Of a DNA stretch of 64,000 bases, positions 33,001-44,700 are shown one piece after another. The translations under genes and the position numbers were made by a program. Source of the stretch: Callorhinchus milii (Eukaryota). The DNA lies in contig NW_024704765.1 of the NCBI RefSeq assembly GCF_018977255.1, positions 4,588,001 to 4,652,000 on the forward strand, in the 5' to 3' direction. Below the pieces are notes generated by a model, which made no database searches, had not been told where the DNA came from, and worked only from the letters and a program-made list of their open reading frames with translations. The first letter of the stretch is position 1; each line of letters opens with the position of its first letter.

Positions 33001-36000
33001 AACCAATGCGTTGTGATCCAGTACAATGATGGAAAAGGCTCAATTGCCTCCACCCTCCTCCTGTTCTCTTTGACCGAGCCTTCAGCTCCCCTCTCGACTC
33101 TCTTCCCCCTCCTCGCTCCCTCCCTTCCCTTCCCTCCCCTCCCCCTGACCATTTCCCCCTCCTCTCTCCCTCCCTTCCCTCCCCTCACCCTGACCATTTC
33201 CCCCCTGCTCGGGTCATGACCCAACTGTGCAGCGCCTTGGGACGTCCTCCTGACGTGAAGGCGCTTTATAAATGGAATCTTGTTGTTGTTGTTGTTGTTC
33301 CTATCTAACTGATCTGCAAAAAAACAATTCCCCTTAAAAAACATTCTTGCTTCTACTTGATGATTTCCTTCTGAAGGTTGCTTGCTTCTCCTCCGCAGGG
33401 TGATGGAACAGGTGTGTGCAGTATCTACAGAGGTGTTTTTGGAGATGAAAACTTTAAAGTTAAACACTCATTACCCGGTTTCCTCTCCATGGTAAGGCTT
33501 CATTGGTGATGTGCCTTTCTTTCCCTTCTCCCCCACTTCCCTTCTCCCCCCCACCCCCCAGGAAAATAAGTAACAACCAAACTTCTCGTACTTCTATCTC
33601 GAACAGGCAAACAGTGGCCCGAACACAAATGGGTGTCAGTTCTTTATTACCTGCTCCAAGTGCGACTGGCTTGACGGGAAGCATGTAGTTTTCGGTAAGT
33701 GAGGAAAGTTGGTAAGGTTTGTCACCGCAAGTGGCCAGTTAACTGGCCAGCAGGAGTTCCTGAGAAATAAAAAGGGAAATTAATATTAATAATAATCCTG
33801 GCATTTGAAACGCAGCAGCCAATTGCACACATTATTATTATTAAATGAAGGATAGAGGTGGAAAGTGGCACAAACACGATGGGCCGAATAGCCTCCTTCA
33901 GCGCAGATGCGTTTCCGCGAAGCGAATCCGCAGGTGATTTCATGAGCAGATGTGGGAGTTGGACCTTGCGCTCTGGGATGCTACCCTGCATGAGGGGCGC
34001 TACATAAATGAAAGTTGTTCTGGCTCTGCGATCGACCCAACAGTGTGCCACGTGTTGCTCTCTGTCCCTCTACCTACAACTAATCTGGCATAAGGTGAAT
34101 GCTTTGAGAAACAACAATTTTTTGTTGCTTTGGAAAGGCAGCCAGCACCATTGCCCAGAAACCTTGAAGCAACAACTTGCAGCGCCTTCACAAAGGGTAG
34201 CGTCTGAAGTGCTGAACAATGGCGTAGCTTCACCGAGCTGGAGAAAGGGGAGGTGTCCGTAAGCTAAGTCCAATTGGAAAGTCTTCTGGCGCGAGGTTAT
34301 AGAGGGGGCAAGGTAGAGGGATTAAGGCAGAGGTTCAGGGTGTAGTGGCTGAAGGCGTGGCCACTGTTGGAATGGAAGGGTCGAGGGATTGCGTAGAACA
34401 CATCTTTTTTACTCAGAGGTAATATGAGTTCAGTGTTGCTGCTCTCTGGTGTTTGAATGGAATAAAAGCAACAAAGACTTGCACTTTCTCTGTCCTTGTG
34501 TCAAAATGTCTGAGGACGTTACAGAAATTACTGTCAAGTGTAGCGATTATGTTTGCGAGCAGGTATTTAACACGCCTAATAATAATCCCTCCAAAACCAA
34601 AAACAATAATAAATTGGTCATTTTCAATCTACGACTGTTTGTGGGACATTGCTGTGCGCAATTGGCTGCCACGTTCGCCCACAAATATACAGTCAATTCA
34701 CTTTACAGTGTATTCTGTGAAGCGCTTTGGGACGTCCTCCCGACATGAAAAGCGCTATATCAAATGCAAGGATTATTATTATTTTGCGCCATCTACAAAC
34801 TGCCATGAGATGAATGATGTGGAGGATTATTGGCCCAGAAACCGTGAGAAAAAGAAGCTTCTCTTTTGGAACACTTGTCATAGGGTCTTTAACGTCTTGG
34901 AAAAACAGCCAGGAAGGACCTTGTTATTAACATCTCATCCAAAGGACAACATCCCTAAGAGTGCAGCACTCCCCGAGTCCTGCACTGGATGTCAGTCTAG
35001 ACAGAAGATAGGTCCCAACAAGAGGCTTGAACCGACAACGTTTGACACGTGCTACCAACTGAACCCAAACCAACTCAAGGGGTATTGAATGCATCAAGTT
35101 AAAGTCACCCGTGCTACACAAACTCTCCAGATAGTTGACTAATTAATGGTCTTAACAATATTGAAACACAAAGAGAATGTTTAAGAAGATTACTCAAGGG
35201 TGGCAATTAGAAGTCAGCTTTGAAGTAACAACACAGTATAACAAACTGCTACCAAGGGAGGGCATGTATCTGGGACTGTGATTGCTATCTCTCCCCCCGC
35301 ATACACAGAACACAGTATACCCAAATACTGAACTGTTAACCTGAGTGATGTTTTATATCAAATTTATTGAACACCTGATAAGGCGCTATATGAAATGCAA
35401 GGATTATTATTGTATAGTCCTGTAGCTTAGTGGTTAGAGCACTCACCTCGCAAACGAGAGACCTGGGCTTGATTCCCGGACAGGACAAAAGGTTGCGTAA
35501 GTTTCCTTATTCCAGATGCCTCTGTTACTTAGCAGTAAGTAGGAACACAGTTTTCACAGTGTATTCTGTGAAGCGCTTTGAGATATCTCGAAGGCAAGAA
35601 AAAGCGCTTCTCAAATATCAAATGCAAGGATTATTATTATCCTGCAGTTGTGCTCCTCAACAATTTTCATGTAAAGAAAATCTTGCTGTGCATTCAAAAC
35701 TAGATGCCTAGCTTTTGAAAAAAAAGTCATTAGTTTCGGCGGAAATGCTCCAGCAAATGGCATATTTTAGGGACAAAGGATTGTCATAGCTGTGAACGGG
35801 CAGTGTTCGATTTTATTATAAATGTGAATTTAGCTGCAATATTTCTACCGAACAGGAGAGTAAAAACAGTGTTACAAAACAGCATCGTTAGTTGGATGAT
35901 TTATCTGCTTCTTGTCCACAAAAACCAGTAAACTTGGCAATAATTGCTTATGAAGCCCTTTGAGACGTTTTGACAATGAATATTGTAAATTTAACTAACC

Positions 36001-37423
36001 ACAGGAGGGTGATTGATCCATGGAGGGGATACTCCGAGAGTTCAGTGTTCTCTGTCCAACAGCATGGTTGAGGTTTAGGATAACACTTCAGAGGATTGTA
36101 GATTTAACACTTTGGGTTACTGCTCAATACCATGTGGTTTGGTGTCATTAATTATAATACTTGCATTTGATACAGCGCCTTATCACATCTTTGAGACGTC
36201 TCAAAGCGCTTCACAGAATATTCTGTAAACTAAATTGAATTTTGTGGGCAAAATGCGGCAGCCAATTGCGCACAACAGTGGTGGTGGATTGTGTGACCGA
36301 ATATTTATTGTGATGTGCTGTGTGCCTCTACACTAGCTAAAGATTAGTCTTTGGGTTATTGTTCTGTGGGGCAAAATGATTCTGCTTATTAAAAAATCTA
36401 AACTGGAAACAACTGACTCGTTGTCTGTCTTTCAGGGAAAATCATTGACGGGCTACTTGTAATGAGGAAGATTGAGGTAAGTGGCAGCGTGTTTCTGTAA
36501 TATTTTAAAACTGAAAGGCAAGTATGCATGAGAGGTGAGGACAGTTTTCACGGCTGAGTGATTTCTATACTGCTGGAGGGTGATATTTCTATATATTTCT
36601 AAATAAGAACATAAGAATTTGCTAGGCGAAAGCAGACCCAGATCCATCCAGTTTGCCTTCCACCATCCTAGCAGTCACTTGACATATCGCATCTCAAACT
36701 ATATATTGTACTCCGAGATATTATTTTCTGTCTGAAATCTATCTAATTTGTTCTTGAAACAAACAACACTTTCTGCTTCCACCTAGGGAGCCTGTTCCAT
36801 AAATTTACTACTTGCCCACTGAAGTAGTATCTCCATAGATTTGTTCTAAATTTACCCCCCTTCAATTGCAGGCGGTGTCCTCTGGTTCTACTGTTCAGTA
36901 CAGGATAAAGAAATTATTGTTATTTCTAGGATTACCTTTTTAGTTGGCCAACAAAACAATTGTAGAAATAACAAAATAGCATAGATTTATGCCATATCAA
37001 GAAATATTCAATCAAGAAACACTATTTTGGTGGCCAACCGAAGAGGTGAAGCCATTAACAACAACAAACTACATTTGACGTGACGCCTTTCACCTCACGT
37101 CAGAATGATGTCCAAGGGTGCTGGACAGTCAGGGATCCGCATCCGAGCTGATCAGGAGTGGAGGGCGGTGGGGTTTGGGGTAGTCACACAAAGGGGTAGT
37201 TTAACCGCCTGTCAAACACCAGAATGCCAAGAAGTGTCCCCACTTCAGAACGTCTGGATTGGGGAATGGTGTATGGACCGGGCTGGGAGGGTGTGGGCTC
37301 CACCTCCGCCACAACTTAATCCCTTCATTTAATATCTTTCCCTTCTGCCTCCAGAACGTCCCCACTGGACCCAACAACAAGCCCAAGCTTCCAGTTATAA
37401 TTGCACAGTGCGGAGAGATGTAG
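18069..37423 (+). CDS. PPIH: Peptidyl-prolyl cis-trans isomerase H (cyclophilin H); coding exons 18069-18125, 31475-31539, 31661-31684, 31951-31995, 32219-32261, 33399-33491, 33607-33694, 36436-36476, 37355-37423 (174 aa)
   Basis: [83 protein letters not shown]...[68 protein letters not shown]. 525 nt in frame, GT-AG introns, and adjacent to YBX1 as in mammals. Confidence 0.97.
18485..18827 (-). mobile_element. Full-length SINE, PPIH intron 1
   Basis: Same family, reverse orientation, with tail microsatellite at 18485-18527. Confidence 0.85.
18902..19227 (+). mobile_element. Full-length SINE (older subfamily), PPIH intron 1
   Basis: GGAGTCCTGTAACTTAG head, Deu-like core, GCGCTTTGAGACGTC...ATTATT tail. 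Confidence 0.85.
19872..20187 (+). mobile_element. Full-length SINE nested in an L2 3' fragment (~19740-20350)
   Basis: The SINE interrupts L2-like sequence ...TCCTTCAAGGCCCGT / CTCAAGACCTTCCTGTTTGACCGAGCC. Confidence 0.88.
21020..22075 (-). CDS. GPR160-like orphan 7TM receptor (351 aa, single coding exon), nested antisense in PPIH intron 1
   Basis: Intact ORF (ATG at 22075) with seven hydrophobic segments. Motifs align with GPR160 as recalled: LLKCVLN~[15 protein letters not shown]~[18 protein letters not shown]~[17 protein letters not shown]~[16 protein letters not shown]~[19 protein letters not shown]~VNSFLIATVYW, EPIYDW~DPFVNW. N-glycosylation sequon NTT. Minus-strand AATAAA at 20944-20949 and 20507-20512. 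Confidence 0.9.
   Translation of the reverse strand: MLVLLQSSPNAAADREAPLLNTTEIIFLLLLKCVLNYVSFYFANKSLWRSIVGAFTVTLCASDLLLFGTVLFLSSETPDIKASVLCSVLQFFSGMYTGIHAPIFILTVVDNYYNLQAEPCLLSRKKSVGYWLAVVAVWAAAITYMLQSTSISGLQVLIHDNLKVQFCPIHSTDLILICSLVMMAFSVLVGLSAWWSIPAFALSMRVSNFQLFTTADEPPSLQSNVFISCKEPRESPLLSLPTQDNAPLLLCIAISFLCNWMPFMMISSVCILLRIPVPAYISMNTFFLLCFNSFAIRVLYWCKAGQLDSAVHFPEPIYDWNICRSMCRPRTHEPSSVPQPERTLVNVCQDL
24129..24452 (-). mobile_element. Full-length young SINE
   Basis: Near-identical to the reverse complement of 58902-59219. Confidence 0.9.
24914..25432 (+). mobile_element. L2-clade LINE 3' fragment
   Basis: ORF2 C-terminal peptide [34 protein letters not shown], followed by the tail GTGCCTTGGGATGTCC...GTGAAAGGTGCTATACAAATGTAA(TTG)n. 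Confidence 0.85.
26074..26401 (-). mobile_element. Full-length young SINE
   Basis: Same family: tRNA-like head ending at 26401 and (TAA)n tail. Confidence 0.9.
28755..29080 (+). mobile_element. Full-length SINE (older subfamily)
   Basis: GGAGTCCTGTAGCGTATTGGTTAGAGC head, Deu-like core and tail. Confidence 0.8.
30901..31262 (-). mobile_element. SINE (older subfamily)
   Basis: Reverse-complement head, core and tail motifs. Confidence 0.78.
32697..32910 (+). repeat. Degenerate tandem repeat (about 7 units of ~24-37 bp) built on an AAATGGACCAATGGGA core, PPIH intron 5
   Basis: Core recurs at about 32698, 32724, 32760, 32784, 32816, 32854 and 32887. Confidence 0.8.
34570..34783 (+). mobile_element. 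5'-truncated young SINE, PPIH intron 7
   Basis: Body and tail are nearly identical to the 3' two-thirds of the full-length copies. Confidence 0.85.
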
Positions 37424-37711
37424 AGAGAGCACACTCGTCTCGTCGCCCCCGGCCCCAGTGATCACGAAGCTCACTGGAGTATACCTGGCAAGCCGCTGAG
37501 ATATTGCTTCCGGTCCTGATCTTTAAAAGAATATGCACAAATGGCGTGGGATTTTGATGAGCTCCTTGTTACCTTGCTACGATAATTCCTGCATTGATGG
37601 GATAAGACTGTAGGAAGTGGGCGTTGAATGTAACTTTGATACCATTTTTTCCCCCATCTTAGTTTTATTGATGGGTTCAGTTACAGGCAGCGATGATTTT
37701 TCTTATAAAAA

Positions 37712-37717
37712 AATAAA
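37712..37717 (+). terminator. PPIH polyadenylation signal
   Basis: AATAAA ~290 nt downstream of the PPIH stop. Confidence 0.65.
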
Positions 37718-40669
37718 GTTATTACCTGGAGAGAAAAGGATGAAGTTTTGATCTTTAAGTGCTTTACGAAAAGAACAATCTTAGCTTTTTTAAAACAAAC
37801 TTTCAGGTCATGTTCCACCTGAACTAGAATTCTAATTAAATTGCCCGGGTTGGGGAATAGTGGGGGGAGATTTCTGGTGAGCTTGTTTAGTAACTTGCAC
37901 TTGTGCAGCGTTTTTCGTGCTGGATGAGTGTGTTGGATGCACTACACAGATGTAGTGGAGTACACCTAGCAGAGGGAATAAGCAGATTTAAGGACCTTGA
38001 CCGAAAGTGGTGGAGGTTTGTTATGCGCAAACTGTCTCCGACAAAAACAATCGCTGTACTTGACGGTTGTTGCTGTGAAGCGCTTTGAGATGGTTTGTAC
38101 AAGTGCTGCGACAGTATAAATTGTGGAGCCCTGTGGCGGTTAGAGCATTCGCCTCACAAGCAATGTTCCCGATTCCCGGGCGGGGTTGTTAATTGATCGG
38201 CGAATCGCTTTTCAGGGGTAACAATCCCTTGAAAAAAATAATTAAAAAAAGAATAATTTGGTCACTGAATCCATGACTATGGGACCGTGCTGTGTGCAAT
38301 TGGCTGCCACGTTTTTCCCACAAAATAGACAGTCAATTCACTTCACGGTATATTCTGTGAAGTGTTTTGAGACGTCTCAAAGATGTGATAATTTTCTATA
38401 TCAAATGCAAGGATTATTATTATAAATTCTGATGTCAAGCATAGCCACTAGTGAAACCTCTGCAGTCTAATATGAATTCAAGGTCTCCAGGTGAGCTGTG
38501 GTCGCGCTGTGGTTTCTGCCGTGCGGCTGAATTCCTGATGTACATGACTGTAATTAACCAATCCCGTGGGCGCCACATTACCTCTCTGTCCCTGAATCAA
38601 TTAGCATAATTAGTGCACTTCACTTTGTGAACCATTATTTCAAGTGTGTTTTCTTAACCGTCTTGCCCTTTCTCCCGTTGGTTATTATGGAACCTGCCCC
38701 GACAAGCGCAGTGTGTGCTGAGAAAGAAGACTTCCTTTTTAAATGTTGGGTTCATCAAACCGTTTAACAGCCCATTGTTCATTCTGCTGATTAGGCTTAG
38801 AAACTTACAGTGGACAAAGATCTTGAGGTGGCCTTAACTCTTCCCTCAATGCTGGGTAAACCTGCATTTGTTGTGTAATTTAACATGTTCTATAACCTAT
38901 TCAGCTGTACAGCCTTTAAGCTATGGCTGAGTACCCTAGTTAAACAGGGTATACATATAGCATGAGAAGAACTACTGTATTCTCTCTTTTTTTCCCTAAA
39001 GGCTAATTCATGCTGGCATTAAGTTCCAAAAGTGGACACTCTGTGTGCGTGAGTTTTGATAATGATTGTCTGCAAAGTATTGGGGGGGGGAATTTGTTAA
39101 GATTACAAGAGAGAGCTTGTATTTTTACAGTTTTTTATCACTTCAAAATGTCTTCACAGGTAATTGCTACCAAGTGTATAGTCATTTGTAGGCAACCATT
39201 TGCACTAGCAAGGCCAAGGTGAATAACCAATTAATTTGGAATATTGTTGGGTCAGTACATCAGAGAAATCTCCCTTTTAATAGTGTCACAGATTATTTAT
39301 CCTAAACAGGTAGCTACGACTTCAGTTTAACATCTCATGTAAAGGATGGTTTCTCTGACAATGCAGTGCTCCCCCAACACAGCACTATTTCATTGTGAAA
39401 AGAAATTACATCAGTGCTCCATTTAGCCTGGAAATTAGATCAAAAGTGTCTCTTACACATCCTCTCTTGATACAGCTGTTTAAGATCATCAAAGGGTTCA
39501 CCAGATCTCCCAATATGCTGATCACATCCTTTGTTTGGGGGGGCATACATTATAGTCTCAGGATAGTGAATAAATTTGAGCTCTGGAGCACCCTAGAGAA
39601 ACCAGTTCCTTTCATGAATATGTTAGAACTCGCTCCTAAACAAGAGTAAAAATGTGGACATTGAGAGAATAATGAAATATTTCATCCACGGCTTGTTCCT
39701 TCTATAATATATACTAATAATCCTTGAATTTGATATAGTGCCTTATCACATCTTTGTGACATTTCAAAGTGCTTCACAGAATATACTGTAAAATGACCGG
39801 TCATGGATTGAGTGACCAAATTCTTCTTATTTTTAAGGGATAATTACCCCCAGAAAGCGATCTGCCAATCTAACAACCTGGTTCCCACTTACTGCTAGGT
39901 AGACAGGCATGTGAAGTAAGGAAACTTGCCTAATGTTTCGCCCTGCCCTGGATTCAAACCCAGGCCCTCTCTTTTGTGAGGCGAGTGCTCCAATCAATAC
40001 ACTACATGTGTTTGTTTGTGTTGGTATCCATTTGGCTCGGCTGCAACCACTTTTTTTTCCAGTTCAAAAGGTACGGGTTTATTCATGCCCCAAGTGGCAG
40101 CTGGAGCTCACAGTCCAATCATACAGCACAAAAGGAGGCCATTCGGCCCATCGTGTCTGCCGGCTCCTTTGAAAAGAGCTACCTAATTCAATCCCACTCC
40201 TCCGCGCTCTCCCCAAAGCCCTGCAAACTTGAGCTCCCCAGGCTGATTTTCACTGCAGTACAGGAGCGCTGCATTGACACTGCTCTTGCTTATGAGACAA
40301 GTGCTCTAACCATTACGCTAACGTACTCAGAGTTCAGGTACAAATCAGCCATGATCTAATAGAATGACAGAACAAGCCCGGGGGCTGAATGGCCTATTCC
40401 TATTGCTATGTTCCTATGGTTCTAAACTCTGCTGGATTAAAGGATCGCGCCGAACCTACACGTGCTCCGAAGATAGAAACAGGAGTATGCCATTCAGGCC
40501 TTCGAGCCTGTTCCCCCATTCTATAAAATCGTCCCCCAAAAATAAATTGGTCACTTTAATCCACGACTGTTTGTGGGACGCTGCTGTGTGTAATTGGCTA
40601 CCTCGTTTCGCCCACAAATATACAGTCAATTCACTTTACAGTATATTCTTTGAAGCTCTTTGAGACGTC

Positions 40670-40985
40670 TCCCTGCTCGCTTCTTCCACTCAGCGGGATC
40701 TGGCCTGCTTCATGTCCCCCGCCTCACTCGCCTCACTATTGCCACTCTGCCCCCACCCTCTGGAACTCCATCCCACAGACCCTCCGCCTCGCTCCCTCCC
40801 TTGCCTCCTTCAAGACCCATCTCAAGACCCTCCTCTTCAACCGTGCTTCCGATCTCCCAGCTTACCCCCCTGCCCTCCACCCTCCCCTACCCCGACCCCC
40901 AGCTCGGGTCCGAAACACTGCCTGTCCAACACCTTGGGACGTCCTCCCGACGTGAACGGCCCTATACAAATGTAATTTTGTTGTG
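40670..40985 (+). mobile_element. L2-clade LINE 3' fragment
   Basis: [30 protein letters not shown] peptide and L2 tail. Confidence 0.78.
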
Positions 40986-41199
40986 GTCTAGAAGATGTGA
41001 AAAGCTGTATGAAATGCGAGGAGGGTTATTATTATTATTATTATCCTGGCTGATCTGGAGCTCAACTCCAAATACCCGCCCTCGCCCAGCATCCCGATAC
41101 CCTGACGTAACGTATCTATCCACCTCAGTCTTGAAAAGGTGAAAGGAAGGCGGAAGTCACTTGTGTGTGTCACTCAATGGGTTTGAAGCCCTTTGGGGA

Positions 41200-41600
41200 T
41201 GGCAATGGGTTTCCACGTGTGTCAGACACCCGCTGGTCACCTGCTCACAAAGCAGGAGGAGGAGGACAGGGGGTGGGGAAGGCGAGCATGCGTTTGATTG
41301 ACAGCGGCTCAACCCAATTGGAGGCGCGCCTCGGTGGCGATCGACGGACCTCGCGGTGGACCAATGGGCGCTCAGGCTTTCGAGGCTCTGGGGAGGGCGA
41401 GATCCGCCCACGTGCCTGTCCGTTAGTGTCGTGGACCGGGGGGGGGCGTGGCGCCGGGGTTGAGTGGCGCGGCGGGCTGGCCAATGGGAGGCTGAAAGGC
41501 GCGGCCGGGACCAATGGGGAGGTGGGGGGCGGGGTTGTGGGCGGGGCCGGAGGCGGGGCGCCGTATTTAATGAAATTCTCGCGAGAGCCCAGCCATGTTC
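41200..41600 (+). promoter_or_regulatory. YBX1 CpG-island promoter
   Basis: CCAAT boxes (about 41314, 41361, 41481, 41511), E-boxes CACGTG (41214, 41409), GC boxes 41525-41560 and TATTTAA at 41564, upstream of the ATG at 41707. Confidence 0.75.
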
Positions 41601-41706
41601 TTTCAGCAGAGGGAAAGAGAGGAGAGAGAGAGCGGAGAGAGCGCAGGCAGCCGCCACCTCAGAGCCGGCCCCACTTTACCATCAGCAGGAACAGCCCAAG
41701 AACACC

Positions 41707-44700
41707 ATGAGCGAGGCCGAGACAGAACAGCAACCCGAACAGCAGGAGCAGTCGCCGCCGCCGCCGCCGCAGCCACAACAACAGCCGCAGCAGCAGCAGC
41801 AGCAGCAACAGCCAGAGAAACCCAAGTCCCCCGGGGAGAAGAAAGTCATCGGTGAGGAGGCGGCGGGTGGCGTCCTAACGGCCCGAGCACGCGGCGGGGC
41901 CGGGCTCGGGCGGGCGGGGCGGGCGGGCGCAGGCCTCGAGCGGGTGGGCGGTTGGAGGAGGAGGGGGGGGGGGGGAGAGAGAAAGGCCGTGTCGTGCCAT
42001 TCTTTCTCCTCACACGCTCGCTCACTCGACGGCGGGAGGGAGGGAGGGAATGCGTGAGGGAGGGAAGGAAGTCGGGGCGGCTTCCCACCAGAAGGAATGT
42101 GGGAAGAGATGAGGGGGTCGAGGAAAAACCGAGGCTCCCCGTGCGGCCTTTTTTTTTTTTCCCCTTTTTCTTCCCCCCCCCCCTTCTCTCTTTCTCTCTT
42201 TCTCACGTTTCTTCTCTCTCTCTTCTTTCTTTCTTTTCATTCGTTTCTTTTCTCACCTTCACCCCCTTCCCCGATTCCTCGAGCGCCGCCACGGGTTGGG
42301 GTTTAACGGCCGCCGCTTGGAACCCGAGCCCGCGGCTTTATTCAAATTTCTAACCGTTTTTTCTCTCACGCTTTACAATTACTCCCCCCCCTCTCCCCCC
42401 TCTCTCCCTCTCCCCCTCACCACCACCACAGAGAGAGAGAGAGAGAGAATCTGGTCGTGGGTTTGAGGAGGGGTGGGGGAGGAGGGGACAGATTTCTCCC
42501 ATTTTCCTTCCTTCCCACTTTTCCTTATTTTTCCCTCGCTTTCTCCCTCCCTCCCTCCCACCCCTCCTCTCTCTCTCTCCCCCCCCCCCCCCCCACAAAA
42601 AAAAAAGACCCTGGTGGAATAGGAACGTGTACAAATATATATTTTATACACATTTTTTTTCTCCTCCTCCTCCTCCTCCTCGTTTTTTTTTCGGTTAAAA
42701 AGAGGAGAAAAAATATTTTTTTTCCCAAAAAAATAAATAAAATGTGTGTATGAAAGAAAAATGTCGTGGGGTTAGGGGTGGTGGTGGGGATGGATACATG
42801 GATGTGGTGTTAATCGAGGGATGGGGTGAAATTTCCTGTGTCAGTACGTGTGTGTGTGTGTCAGTCAGTCTGTGTCTGGCTGTCAGTTTATTGCTGTTCT
42901 TTCTCCCTCAAAAGAGGGTTGGGATGGGGGAATCTTTTGTTCTGTTTCCCACCGTCAACAGGAGAGAGAGAGAAAGCGCCTGGTAGTGGGAGCGACCATT
43001 TCACTGAGATTTATATATATTTTCTATGTGTGTGTTTCTCTCCTGGCGTCTCTTGAGCCACGTGGGTTTTTGGGGGCGACACACACACGCATTCTTAATC
43101 TTTAAAAGTTTTGCACTTTGATTCATTTGCTTCCTTCCTTTGACTCATAATGAAAGCGACGGGCAGTATTTTTTGGGGGGGGGGGGGGCTGGCGATAAAT
43201 GGGGAGTGAGAATATAAATCTTGAAGCTATTATAGAGAGAACAATTTTCTTTTCCTCTCGTTATTCCCACCGCACATGTGTAGAAATTCTGCTTTCTCCC
43301 CCCCCCACCTCCAAAAGAAAAGTCCCCTAAGATGCAATCCTGAACCAGGTGTTGGTGCCACATGTGTCTGCACTGGGACATGTGGTCTGCGCACAGTATT
43401 GATTCTATTGCTTCCGCAAACTTGCTGCAACTCAAGAGGGCTTTTTATTTAAAGTTTCGGAACACTCTGCCAGCCGCCTCTCTAGCCCAAAGACGTTTCC
43501 AGTTGAAGGAATCTCGGCAGCTGTTTGAAAAAGGCCTGAGCGTTATTTGAAGCGACTAGGAAGTTCTGACCGAATGGTTGCTCAACCCGGCAGGCTGATA
43601 CGTGGTGGAAACCACACCTTAGTCACGTTGTTTTGATCTAGTATAAAAAGGGTGTTGCTGCCAGAGAGCCCACGTATTAATTAATACCTACTTTCATATT
43701 AAACACTACACCATCAGTTTTGGGTTGTTGATAGATATTCTATTTGCTCCTTGTTCCCACTTGCTGATCTGACAAAGTTTGCAAAGATTTTTGGATAGTC
43801 AGCTGCAGGAAGTCAGTCTTGCCTGAAAGCCAGGCACCCTAGTGACTACTCGGCTCCATGTGTTTTCTGGACATTAAGTGTTGGGAGTGACGTGTAAAAC
43901 CATTTGAAAGTATTCACAGCTCTTGTGTAATGTATGCTATACCAGGACTAATTCACTCCTTGTGACCTTTGGTACTGAATGAGATTTGGCATATCTGTAT
44001 GCTACACTGTCATAGCTCAATGGGTTCGATTCTCAGGCAGTGCGAAATCCTAGTTTCCTTACTCCACATGCCTCTAAGCAGTAAGTAGTTGTTAGTTGAT
44101 TAGCAGAATCCTTTCTGGGGGTAATGATCCCATCAGTTTTTTTTAAAATTGTAGTCACTCCATCCACGACTGTCTGTCTGAAATTGGCTGCTGTGTTTCA
44201 CCCACAAAATATACAGTCCATTCACTTTTTTTCAGACGGTAGTTTATTCTGCGAATCACTTTGAGACGTCTCAATGGCATGATAAGCCACTATATCACAT
44301 GTAAAGATTATTATTATAGTTTGATGATTTTTAACTAAAAAGAATCACTTTTCTGAAAGCAGAGCTGACAAGTAGTAAGTGACGTCTACTTTAATCTGTA
44401 TGCCCTTCAGAAAGCAGTTTTGCGCTGTGTAAGTAAAATACCCTTATCCTATGGAAGCCACTACTATACAAACACCCTACTGTCTAATCTGGATTTTGCA
44501 GCTTTGTTGACATGGCAGTGTGCCAACTGAGGCTCCGAAAGACTTAATGGACAGTAAACTTTGGCAGTTTCTAAGAACAAAAGCTCAAGACTAAAGATAT
44601 CTGCTGTCAGCGGCAGAAACCCAGGACAAAGAAATAATCTTGGAGGCATATTTACCGTTTCTGTACCTGGTTTCATTTTATGGGAAAGCTGGCAGTATAG

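Noticed and set aside
41464-42057. 197-aa ORF as an N-terminally extended YBX1, and the overlapping ATG at 41595 as a uORF
   Set aside because: The long ORF starts at a GTG within the promoter, upstream of the TATA-like element, and reads into intron 1. ATG 41595 sits at about the expected TSS and cannot be assigned to the mRNA without data.
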